DNA of 64,000 nt from the NCBI GenBank assembly GCA_026023565.1, contig JAPETS010000018.1:62001-126000 (forward strand). Direction: 5' to 3'. This DNA is from Cirrosporium novae-zelandiae (lineage: Eukaryota). Below are positions 1 to 11,660 of this stretch, in pieces. The number at the start of each line of letters is the position of its first letter. Within the stretch, counting starts at the first letter, position 1. The notes beneath the pieces are model-generated. The model saw nothing but the letters and a program-made list of their open reading frames with translations. It had not been told where the DNA came from and ran no database searches. The translations under genes were made by a program, and so were the position numbers.

Positions 1-570
1 ATATAGTCGCAGCAATCCATTTCAAAGCAGTTGATGGGGAGAGGGGCAGTTCTGAAAGGGTAAAGTGCCAATTGACTCAAATTTTGTCATCCGTCTTTTG
101 AAGCTTGATATTTTATAGCATGTACATACATTTGACCACAAAGCAAAAGTACCAGAGAAGCCATCATAAATGATGGCCCAATATACTACTGTCACAATCC
201 AGGGAAAGAATATGGCGGTGGAGTACAAGAGGCTATGAAGAGCCTGAAGCGACTTGGGCCATCGGTCAATCCAAGTTGCACCTGTACGGGCATATTGGAG
301 GGTATGTATGCCAGAGAAGGCAAAATAAAAACCAAGACCCCAGTACGTAAGATGGGTGAAGTAACTAAAGGACTGTCTGGTCTCAATGGAATCGCCAGTG
401 CTATCCCAAATGCCAAAGGCGACAAAGTGCACGAGAAAGACGTAGAGGGATATTAAGAATCGAATGAGACTAAGAGCAAGTGGTGGGATAATCCATGACG
501 TCGTAAATCTCCTTTCGGGGTCAAAGGGAGTGTCGACACCCATCAGGCGGTAAAAGTTGAATTTTGCCAT
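1..570 (-). CDS. FAR-17a/AIG1-like integral membrane protein (5' part; 3' end unresolved or off-window)
   Basis: ATG at 570 (MAKFNFYRL). Hydrophobic ORF with F-TSW, SFSYFTHLTYWGLGFYF, WP..LQALHSLLYST and FPWIVTVVYW motifs typical of this fungal family. GTATGT donor at 129 after WSN. Confidence 0.7.
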
Positions 571-1567
571 TGGTAACACGGTACGACAACTGCAACCACT
601 GACCAATTAGAGAACAATGCTTTCATGTAATATGTAATTGCTTTTAGAATAGGTAAGGTACATACCTCTGTGCATAATTTCTCGAGATTGAATAAAAAAG
701 AAAAGAAAAAAGCAAGGTGTGAGATTGAGATAAAGAATGATAAATAAAATATTACTAAAGCTGAACCTATGTACTGTGGACAGTGTATTCTGAGAAGTAA
801 CAACTAGATACTTTGACTCAGAACGCAGAGTTCAGAGCGCATTTGGCTGAAGCTGGTGGACGGAAGCGGCTATGCACAAGGGAAAATGGACTTTATTTGA
901 TATAAGAATTACTATCCCCAACAACCGTGGCGGTGGGGAGGCTTGCGCAAGCCCAAATACTACGTAGAGGCGACTCCTCCCTCCTAGTGGGAAGTGGACA
1001 AAAACAGTAAACGAGGTAAACGAGACCAGATATACATACATACATACAGTACACACATCCGCAGTACCTTGGACTGTTTCGATTGAAATTGATATTACCG
1101 TGTAGTATATACTTTCATTTTATAAAAAATGAAAGCGAGAAAGCCAGGGCTGATGAGAACATATATATAAAATACTTTTTCGTAGACTATATTGGATCCT
1201 GAGTAGAGGCCCCCAAAGCCAAAATGACTTGGATAGTTTACTTAGGTACCGAGAATGAAATTTGCAAATTTCCAAAATTTCTAGTTTCGGAGCTTTGCCA
1301 AGTCTTTGCCCTTGGACCGGAATAGTAATTATCTGTAGCCGACAGCTCGGCAACCGGCAGTGCTGCTTAGTGTAGGAGCAATAAAGAAAAGAAAAAAAGT
1401 AAAAGAAAATATAACCAAGCTGAATAAAATATCTAATCGTTCATAAGGTATCCATAGCCATAAGCCAAACCGTGTATAAAAAAAAAACCCAAAAAATCCC
1501 CCCAAGAAAACCCAAAAAAAAACCAAAAAAAATAAAAAGCAGGTCACTTGACATGTTCGTCTTGTTG

Positions 1568-1602
<35 letters not shown>
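1568..1602. repeat. (ATA/TAA)n microsatellite
   Basis: About 11-12 perfect trinucleotide units, read directly. Confidence 0.95.
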
Positions 1603-2830
1603 TGTTGGGATTAAAGAGTCCTGAATCAGAACCAGCGTTAGACCCTGGTGTCCGTTTCTAGGCTCTCTCTAGGCTCTTCTCTAGACGTAGACCCTCTTTT
1701 AAAGCCTCTTCATCTCTCTAGGATCTATTAACTTACACAACCACAAGAAACCCCTTTTAACTACCTGGGTACCTAGGTAGTTATCTGATCCGAAAATGGC
1801 CACTCACCCACATCCTAACCTCCCACCAATTAAATCAGATGAATTCAATGTGGGAGAGAGACAAGCCATGCCAAGTTCAAGAAACCCTGTACCATAACTG
1901 TGTGTAGTATTCCTTAACATTTTAGCATTCTTACTGTTTCAGCAATGGTTCGGGGACCATTTTAGAAATGATCAAACTCCACGAGTCAATTAGGAACCTT
2001 TAGGAGCATTATTAGGATCATTAGAACCATATTAGAACCATTAGAACCATTCGAAATCATAGGAATCTAACTAATCAGCATTGAGCCTTGCCTTCACCCT
2101 CCTCCCCGTAACTACACTTTCACGCCTCTCTCTAGCCCGCTACTTCTTGACTCTGCCCCAGGATCTGTCAAACGCTGAAAGTATTCCCTATTCTCCTGAT
2201 CGTTGCCCTGTGTCTTCAATTCAGAAAAAAAAAATAAAAAATAGACAAAAAAATAAACTTGACAATCAGATTCACAATTCACTCATTCAACCAATGCAGA
2301 TGCACCTTACCGGCCTTGCATTGGACCTGCATCTGCATCTGCATCTTTCAATTTGAATCCAGTCAAGCTTGTCCGACCCTGCAAAGCAACGAAAATCAAA
2401 ACATTCACAAAGAGAGGTACATATGCAATTGCGAACATACGGCGGCGATCCCCCAAGCTCCTATTTAAATTTAATTTATCATCAACACCATCAAAATATT
2501 TTTTGCCTTCTGGGGCTATGCTGCTGCAAATAGCTGCCTGACTTGAGCTGCCTTGAATGACAGCATTATCATCGTCAGCAAGACCCAACTTCTATTCATA
2601 ATACCATCACCTTAAAATACCCTCCTTATCGAGACTACTCCAAACTTTCCTGTCGCCAGTAACCCACGGTGAATCATCTCGATAAGTCTACTAATGACCA
2701 GTCCTTAATTCAACCTCGCCCGTCGTTGATCAAGCCCGTCTTTAGTCCTCGCGCAACACCGTTTACCATCTACTATCTACCATCTATCCTTAACAATATT
2801 GTTGCCACTTGATCATCGTTCTCAATCACA

Positions 2831-5132
2831 ATGTCAGGCCGTCCGGCCTTCATGGACCTCAGGCCCAAATCTTCGGATCATATTGAACCTTCGGCGCCCT
2901 CACCGCGATTAGCTCTTTATGATGGAGAGGTTCCACCAACGTTGTCTCCGTTAGATGCTTTCGCTTTGCAAAGTCGTTTACTGGCAGAACAGTTAGACTC
3001 TACAAAAAGAAATGGCAGGCGCGCGAGTCGATTACCACCTATTGCTGTGAGCAATTCATTAGCTCAACCTCGCCCCGGTTACTTTAAGTCGCCAACAGGT
3101 TCTTCATATGGGAATCTACCTCCAATAGCAAGTCGGTCGAATTCGAAGGAGGAGAAAAAGAGTCCAAAGGGAACACCCGAACTTGAGTTTCCGACTTTTC
3201 GACCTCAATCAGAATATACTCGCTTTAGTGGTATTCCTTTGGAGGATGTCCCCCAAAACGAGCCTGTACCTGCGCCCCCGCAAGAAGACAAGGAAACCCA
3301 TGAAGCAGATGATGTTTTTTCAACACCGGCTCCTCCGAAGGAGCCCGTCCCTCCTGCGTCATATTTTTCTATTCCAAGAGTTCAATCTCCAGAGCCGGTA
3401 GCAGAATCGAGTCGTGGTAATGCAGAATATCCAAATCCGCTTGATGCCTTCCAGAACAGGGGTAAAAGACCACCAGAACCTCAACGAGGACCATCTACAG
3501 AGTCTGCTTCGTCCAGTGGTCACTCGGTGAGAAGACTTCCCAGAAACCGAGACAATGACCCTCAGCGTGGACCTTCTACAGAGTCCGCTTCCTCTCAGGG
3601 CTATTCAGCCAGAAGTTTGGCTCCTCCGACTTCTCCTCGAGGACACAAAGCTCCTAGTCTCCGATCCGTTCACGACTCAGACGATGACTATGCAAGCTCA
3701 AATGGCGGTTCTACGTTTACATATCCTAGAAAACTCTCTTCTAGCAGTTGCATGTCCATGCCTCGGAGCCCTCTGTCACCTTTCATACCACCCCATCAAC
3801 GTTCACATTCTCCTTCGGTCTCCTCAGAACTTTCAGCCAGTGGTCACCTTCGCCGACCGACATTTAATTTCTCAAGGCCTCTGAGCAACCGTCCATCGAT
3901 GGATATGCCTTCGTCCTCTCGACAGCCATCTGATGATGGCCAGATTAGCCCTGTCTCCAGCAACAACAATTTCCCAACTCCGGCAAGTTTTAGCAGCGAA
4001 GACTATAACTCTAGTACCTCTGAGATTACCCCTGCTGCGTCGTCTTATATCTATTCTAAATATTCTTTGCCTCGTGGACGTGTTTTATCTCGGGAATCTA
4101 TGATTCTTCAAGACTTAGAACTACCGCATTTCCAATGGGACCAACCTTTTAGTAACGTTGCTCCAGTAGACAATAGCAGTCACACGCCTAGGACAACATC
4201 CCCTTCTAGCTCAGCACCGAGACCTTCTACGGGTGATTCGCCTGGACGACAATCAGAACCATCTGTTACTAACCCCGCAATATCAAGTACTCCAGAAAAA
4301 ATAAGACCGCCCCCAACGCCAATCACAGACCAACAACTCCTCAAATCTTCGGCATCAATGAACTCAGACAGTACTGTCAAGGCTCCTTCGACTCGAACTG
4401 TGACTACTGTAACTGATTTATCAGCCGAAGAGCATTTACAAAAAGGTATCGATTGCCATGAAGCTGGATCCGTCAAGGAGTCCACATATCATCTTCGACT
4501 AGCAGCAAAAATGAACAATCCGACCGCCATGTTGCTTTATGCCCTAGCCTGTCGACATGGATGGGGTATGAAGGCAAATCAACAAGAAGGGGTTCACTGG
4601 CTTCGAAAAGCTGCAGATTATGCAAGCCTGGAGATTGCAGAAAATGAGGACGCTGCCCAAGACAATAAGCCTGCAAATATCAACGAACGCAAGACTCGAA
4701 GAGCGCAATTTGCTTTGAGCATATACGAGCTTGGTGTAAGCCATCTTAACGGATGGGGTACCGAACAAGACAAAGCCCTGGCTTTACGATGTTTTGAAAT
4801 TGCCGGTAATTGGGGAGATGGTGATGCTTTGGCTGAGGCTGGTTTCTGTTATACCCAAGGGATTGGTTGCAAGAAAGATCTTAAGAAGGCTGCAAAATTT
4901 TATCGTATGGCAGAAGCCAAAGGTATCAGTATGGTTGGGAACAGTTGGTGAGTAGATCTTTTGCGCTTTCTTGAGTCAATTACTAACGACCCCTAGGATT
5001 TATAAACCCAAGTATATGGATGATGAGGATGAGAGGAACCCTCGTTCGGCCCACCAGACGTCCGACAAGAAACCCCGAAGTAGATCGAGGGCGCGAACGC
5101 TGTTTTCTCGAAGGAGAGCCGACGTGGATTGA
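2831..5132 (+). CDS. Sel1-repeat protein, cell-cycle inhibitor Nif1 / Dsf2-like
   Basis: Exons 2831-4947 and 4997-5132; intron GTGAGT..CTAAC..TAG. Long S/P-rich N-terminus followed by TPR/Sel1 repeats (LYALACRHGWG, YELGVSHLNGWG, AGFCYTQGIGCKKDLKKAAKFYRMA) and MVGNSWIYKPKY. Confidence 0.85.
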
Positions 5133-7388
5133 TCGTAGATATTACCATGCTCTTTTGGTGTCGGATTGTAAAGCGATGGATTCGCATTTTGTGCATTCGT
5201 CCGCATCTACGAGGGAGTATCTGGATGGACTTGAATATTTTTTCTCTCCATGGGCTTGCTGGTCAATGATCTAATGCAAGTGTCATTCCTTTCATTGGCG
5301 CTGGATCTGTGATTCGACCGCTTGATGCATAATGTGTTTGATGACAAGCTGCATGTTTAAAACGGGGGGCATCGCTGATCGATGTCCAGAGTGCCTTTCA
5401 TGAGTATATTCCTGTACATCAATGCTTCGAAACCTAGTCAGAATACGATGATAGGATGTTCTTCTTAGCGCAATGTTTAGGGTGCCCTGAACCAACGTAC
5501 ACGTGCGTTATGCAATACTGATATCGAATAGATTGTCGTACAATACAGGTTGCAGTGTGTCATTTAGAGTTGATCCAGTGAGCCATTCGGCCATTTTCTC
5601 TTCCTCTTGGAACTCGCCTGTAGCCCTCGCGTGATTGCATGGATCTTTAGATATATGTAACCCCAGTACTGGAATGACAGCGTCAGCCAGAATAAAGATT
5701 AGTGAAACACGGAAAACCGCAGACGGAGAGGGAAGGTTAGAAGATATCGACTCTATACTGCCATCACTAGATTAACAGGGAGCAGTGATTGAGAGTTTCT
5801 GTGGGTTTTAACGCTCTGGTGATAATATTATGATATCTTATGTACTTGATCTGCTGATAGATATGAGCCACGATTTTATAAAATTGTTGGAACCATGGGA
5901 GGTAAAGCTCGCTGGGAATCGGGGGCCAAAATTCATGGAGCTCAGGGGATCCTGACCTTGACTGAGGATGATAACGGAGAAAATATTATTTGCATATGCT
6001 CGTACACAGTAAAGTTTGGGATTCCGATATCTTGATAAATGGCAAGGTGCTTCTGCGGATGCTTGCAGACAATCTGAGCAATTTACCACCTGCTGGCAAG
6101 AATAGTCGTAAAGATTAAGAGTCACAATACTTGTAATGTATTCTCGCACTCTCTGCTTCGGAACTTGTAAGCAGTTGAGGGACAGCTCCGCTCGGCCCGA
6201 GGCAGTCAGCATGACCATTCATGGCCACCCATTCACAGGTCTTCAAGAGGGAAGATGGTGTTCCAACTTGCATATGATTACGGCTAAGTATTAGGATGAT
6301 CCTATCACCGGCCTTCTAGACGGATCAAAACTACCCCAGACTCCTGCAGAGTCTGGGGTAATTTAATGACTATCTTTAAGGTAATATCAATTCCCCTGTG
6401 TGGTGTAGGAAGGATGCGGGAATCTGGGATGAATTTGGTGGTTGAGCCTAAAGCGACCTCGTCTCTGCTACTTTGAGCCACATTCAATCACTTTGGGCTT
6501 CTTCTTCTCCGCACTTTGCAGCATCAATGGTCACCATTATTGGAAGTCATCGACAATTCCCCTGGTGTTCTTTTTGTGTACGGAGTTGCGATTATGGTGG
6601 AAATTGTAGTTCAAATCAAACCCTATCCTCTAAAGGTATCTCCTCCGTCATCTACCTGATCGTCGCATAGTTACTAACAACCAACTTACATACAGCTCGA
6701 CATGATTTCGATGAGAGAAAGGCCATGACTCGCCCAAGCGTGGTAATTGTTCAAACCATCCACTCCATGGGTGTTTCCTACCTCGGTCCAGGTTCGACAA
6801 CACACGTCTTGGATATGTTTTCCCTCCTGTTTAATTCCTTGGTCCGTTCAATTCTGTTACATGTGAAAGCATGACTACCGCATCGATTGTAAAATGTTGG
6901 AGGAGAGGAAGTATATGCTTGTCCATCTTCCTAGTTGTCTGCCAGGATCTGCCCGTATTTAGGACTATCCAAGCATCCTTTATAATTGATTTCCTCCATC
7001 GATAGACTGGGTATCTTAATCTACCTATAAGGAACGAAAGGCATAGTTTCCTATTTTTGTTCTTAATAGACCATCTCCCACAATTTCTTCTCTCTCTTGT
7101 CTCAGATTCTGTTATTCACTCATCAGCCCATCCCCCCCAACTCTTTCCGTGTGTCTTAGGTGACATCCGTTTCAACGAAAATTTAAACATTGGTCCCAAC
7201 AAGTCTCTACGGTGCCCCAACCAATGTTATAAGGGGCATTTATTTTATTTTGAAAAACACCTTCAAAACACGGCTTAAGATTTTTTGGAAAGGTCGCTGG
7301 TATCATTGTTCGGTTTTTTCCCATTTGAGCCATTCGACGCGTCTGCCACTGCGTCAGCACCCAGACCATCTGGCTGACCACCACAATC

Positions 7389-8614
7389 ATGTCGGCGTCA
7401 AATGGAGGGAAAAATGATGAGGAAATACCAGACTATCAACCTACGAGTGACCAAAAAACCGAAAAAGGAGCGGGAGACGTGTCTGAATATGAAACCACGC
7501 CGACATTTGGACAACGAGTGAAGAAGAATCTCAAACGATTTTGGTGGTTATATCTTATTGTTTTAATTATTATTGTTCTTATCATCGTACTACTTATGTG
7601 AGTTGTGATATTTCAAGCTTATTTTTAGTCCATGTGCCTGAACACTCATTTAATATTTTTCATCCGCTGTTAAACAGAGTATATGTGGCATACCCCAAGA
7701 TTGCCCAAAGCGACATCAACAAATCTACACTGTACATTCAGTCCCAAGCATTCACAGACCCAACCACCTCCTCAATCCGCGTCACACAACATGGATTCAC
7801 GCACAGCTCATCGAGCTACCACCCACAACTCGATTCCTGGAACGCCTCCCTCTACGTCGGAGCCGCCACGACCCCATTCGCATACGTCCAGATCCCTCAC
7901 ATGCACGCCACCTCTACGGCAACCCAGGACATAAACCAGACGCTGCAGATCTCGCACCTGGGCCGGATGACCAGCTACGTCACCACGGTCCTCGGCAGCG
8001 CCGAGTACCAGCTCCGAATCAAGGGCCGCGTGAAGCTGCACGAGATGGCGTTTCCGGCCACGACGGTGGACTACGATAAGACGGTTACGCTCAAGGGGCT
8101 TAACGGGCTCAAAGGGTTGAAAATCGTTGATTTTAACCTCATGGGTACGACCGACGCGGAGGGTCATAACGTAAACGGCACGCTTATGATCCCGAACCCT
8201 TCAAACATGACCATTGAACTGGTATATATATCAACCCCCCTTTCATCCCCCTCCCCAAACACCCCCAAAAAACTAACCACCAACTCGCCCCCCTCCAACT
8301 AGGGCAACGTAACAACATACATGTACCTTCCCTCCCTCCCCACCACCCCCATTGGCACAGCCTTAATCCCCTCCCTAACCCTAACCCCGGGAAACAACAC
8401 CTACGCCTACCTCTCTACGACCAACGAATCCTTAGTCCTCACCCAGATCACAAAAACCTACACCGACATGATCCTACCCATCACGATTGTTGGAAAGAGC
8501 GCCGTCAATGATGCTGGGGAACATCTTGAGTATTTTGAAAAGGGGTTGAGGGAGAATGTTATTAAGAATGTGAGTTTGGATGCTAGTGTGGTGTTGGGGA
8601 GTTTGTTTGGGTAG
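7389..8614 (+). CDS. Single-pass membrane protein, DUF3712-like
   Basis: Exons 7389-7597, 7678-8221 and 8303-8614 join in frame. N-terminal TM (RFWWLYLIVLIIIVLIIV), YPKIAQSDIN, KTVTLKGLNGL and IPNPSNMTIELGNVT motifs. Confidence 0.8.
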
Positions 8615-9228
8615 GTGGATAGGTTGGGTGGGGTAGGGTGGGTGGATAGGCCTTTTTTTCTTGCCTAGATCCCCCCGGTATGTCGTCAGCCTTGAGTCTT
8701 GGCCTTGATCTTAGGTCTCGAACAGCTTCCTTAGGTACTTCAAACTTCAATCATATATATAATTACCGAACATAATAAACAATATATCTTTCCCTTTCCT
8801 TTCCCTTCCCTTCCTTTCCTTTCTTTTTCTGCCCCATTTCTCTCTCTTTTCTCGGGGGGGAGAACTTTCTTCATTTCAATCACTCATTCATCCATCCATC
8901 CATTGAAAATTAAAATCAAAATATATATATTTTCTCAAGTCATTCATTTCGCTTCATAAGTTTATGTATGTATATATGTATATATGTATGTGCGAGCCAT
9001 GCATGCATGCTGAACCCTCATAATGCATAATTGCATAATACATACTTAAATGCATAACAGCATAACGGCATAATTAACGCATAAAATTTCCCCCTTCCCT
9101 TTCATATTTCCATATGTTCATACAGTATCCCACCTCCCCACCCCATTCACCCAAAAGCCAAAAAACAAAAACCAAAAAGAAAACACGCATTTATCCAACC
9201 TCATCCCCCATCTCCCTCGTCCCCAAAC

Positions 9229-10768
9229 CTACGAACTCTCCTTCATCCTCCCACACCCCGCACAAGTCCACCATTCATTTTCCATCCAATTCCCACACCC
9301 CGCACAGATCCAACCGCCTAATTCCCCATTTCCATTTTTATTATTGTTATTGAATATAGAGGTAGATGCAGATGCAGATGAACGTGTGGATTTATGCCGG
9401 GTGGAGAAGGAAGAGGAAGAGGTAGTAGTAGTATTAGAGCGACGTAGTCGTGATTGCGATTGCGGGGTTGATGTCGTGCCGGTGGTTGTTAGTTTTGATT
9501 TTGGTCTTGTTGGGGTTTGGGTTTGGGAGGTTGAAAAGGTGGAGGGGGGACGTTCGGTTGTGCAGGCGTCGCAGCAGAGGTAGGTTGGTGGGTTTATGAG
9601 GGTGCAGATGGGACAGGTCCAGGAGGTGTTATAGGCTGATGATGAAGGTGTGGTGCCAGTGTCGGAATCGGGTTCTTGATTTATTTTCGAAGAGGAGAAG
9701 GAGGGTGGATATGACGATGTATTTGAAAATGGAGGAAGTTGTGGTTTCGTAGCGGCTGGCACCCGCGGCGGCGGCGGCGGTAGCGGAGCAGGAGTAAAAT
9801 AAGAAGAAGAAGGAACGCCACCGTCCTCATCATCATCCAACAGACTAATCCACTCATCCAAAATCATCACCTCATCCTCCTGCTCTTGCTCCGCTCTCGT
9901 CCTAGTCCCCTTCCTCTCCGCCTCCTCAACCACCCTCCCCATTTTCTCCCTCCCAACCCCACAACCCTTCGTGATGTCTATGCGCCTCTGCGCCGCATCT
10001 GCAATCACCTTTCTCATATCTGTGCCACGTAGGACGGGGGCGCCACCGAGTCTGCGACCGCTATCACCGGAGGAGGATGAGGAGGTCAAGTTTCGGCGTT
10101 TTTCGGCCTCGGCCTGAGTGCGACGTCGGGCTTCGTGCATGGGTGGGGGTCTGGGGTAGCGGGAGACCCCGCCTAGGCGATGGCCAGTCGTGAGGAAGCC
10201 TTCGCCTGTGTAGCCTTTCATGGAGAGGGAGGTGTGGTCGTCGCGGAGTTGGTTCCAGAGGGCGTTGAAGGCATTGTTGTGGGGGCCGTGCACGATGTGG
10301 CAGAGTCTTGATGGCGGGGAGGGGGGGTAGTTGTTAGCAGCAGGTATGTTTATCGTTAACTGAAATGGATGGGTATATGGATGGATGCATGGCAAGTTTA
10401 TTTATTTTATTTATTGGGGAGTTTCTTTCCCCGGGGGATACCGATATTCAAAGAGACAAAAAAAAAGGGGGAAAGTAAACCTACTCATGCAACATGGTAT
10501 CCAGGACCTCCTCAATAGGCATAAATTGTCTTTGATCCCCTGGATATCTCAACCGCAAACATATCTTCTGCCCATGGTTCCAGTTCAAACCAAGTAGGTT
10601 CTGCTCCGGGGGATAAAACTCGCACAGAATACCAACCTTCCACCCCCGTTGCCTCATGATGGGTTTTACGAGCGAGGCCACCTTTCGAAGCGTCAGGAGG
10701 GCTTCGGATTCCCGAGGTCGGAATTTTTCATGTTGAAATTCACGGATGAGGGGATCGTATTCTCTCAT
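9229..10768 (-). CDS. WSS1: WLM-domain DNA-dependent metalloprotease Wss1-like with two C-terminal RanBP2-type Zn fingers
   Basis: Exons 10768-10485 and 10306-9229. The splice restores HELCH (HExxH). WLM motifs VKPIMRQRGWKV, EFYP, NLLGLN, ICLRLR; GxRLGG SHP-like boxes; WTCPICTLIN..CDAC and WICAGC..CAGC fingers. Confidence 0.9.
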
Positions 10769-11470
10769 TTTGGGGGGTAGGGTGGTTAGAGAAGTAGAAA
10801 ATAATTGATTAGAACTGTTGTTCTGTTCTTTCCTTTGTGCTGCTCGACTCTTGAAGCCGATAAAGAAATGAAATATACTGAATAGAAAATAACAAGAGAA
10901 AGAAAAGTATCAGCTAGAATTTGTCAGCCGCCGCAGGAATGTATTTTCGGTGCTATGGAAAAAGATGGGTATTTGATATTACTTACTGAAAGAAGGTTAT
11001 GGATGAAGATAGTATATGCTCAGTTTTGCTTAATAAATATAATTCTGTTTGAAGTTGGACTGAGACATGGAATATCAAGCAAACAGACAGCTCTACACTA
11101 CCACTTACTACGCGTGGCGGTGTGGCAGCTCTTTACTCGTTCTGGATAACGTGGTACGGCGCAAAGTCACATGGCCTTCTCAACTTCTTACTCTCAACTT
11201 TCTGCTCAACTTTCTACTCTCAATCTTCACCCCAACGTATAGTAGATATGATTGAAACAAATCCCTTCTACTTCTGGACAGAAACATAGTCGCCTTTCAC
11301 TTCCTTCATTATCTTAGCTAGACCTGCATTCCCTCTATAGCTCTATGGTATGGTATGCAACCTACGCACCATCATATTCTGCTGCTGTAAAAAACTATTT
11401 CGAGACGCGCTTTCCCGCTCCGTAGTTGATTGACAAAAGAAAAAAAAACTTGTCAGACTTTTCGTGTCAG

Positions 11471-11501
11471 TAATCCACTAATCCACTAATCCACTAATCC
11501 A
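11471..11501. repeat. (TAATCCAC)x4 tandem repeat
   Basis: Four 8-nt units, the last ending T instead of C, downstream of the Caf120-like gene. Confidence 0.9.
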
Positions 11502-11660
11502 TCCTTGCCCACTCCCAGGTTACCCGGCCAGTTTCAAACTCCGAACCAAAACTCCCCAAGTATGAAATTCTAATGATGCATCACCAGTCAGATGTGATAT
11601 GTCAGTCTAACCTGTGCAATCTATCTTCATGATGCAAGTATGCTTAATCATCATATACAC

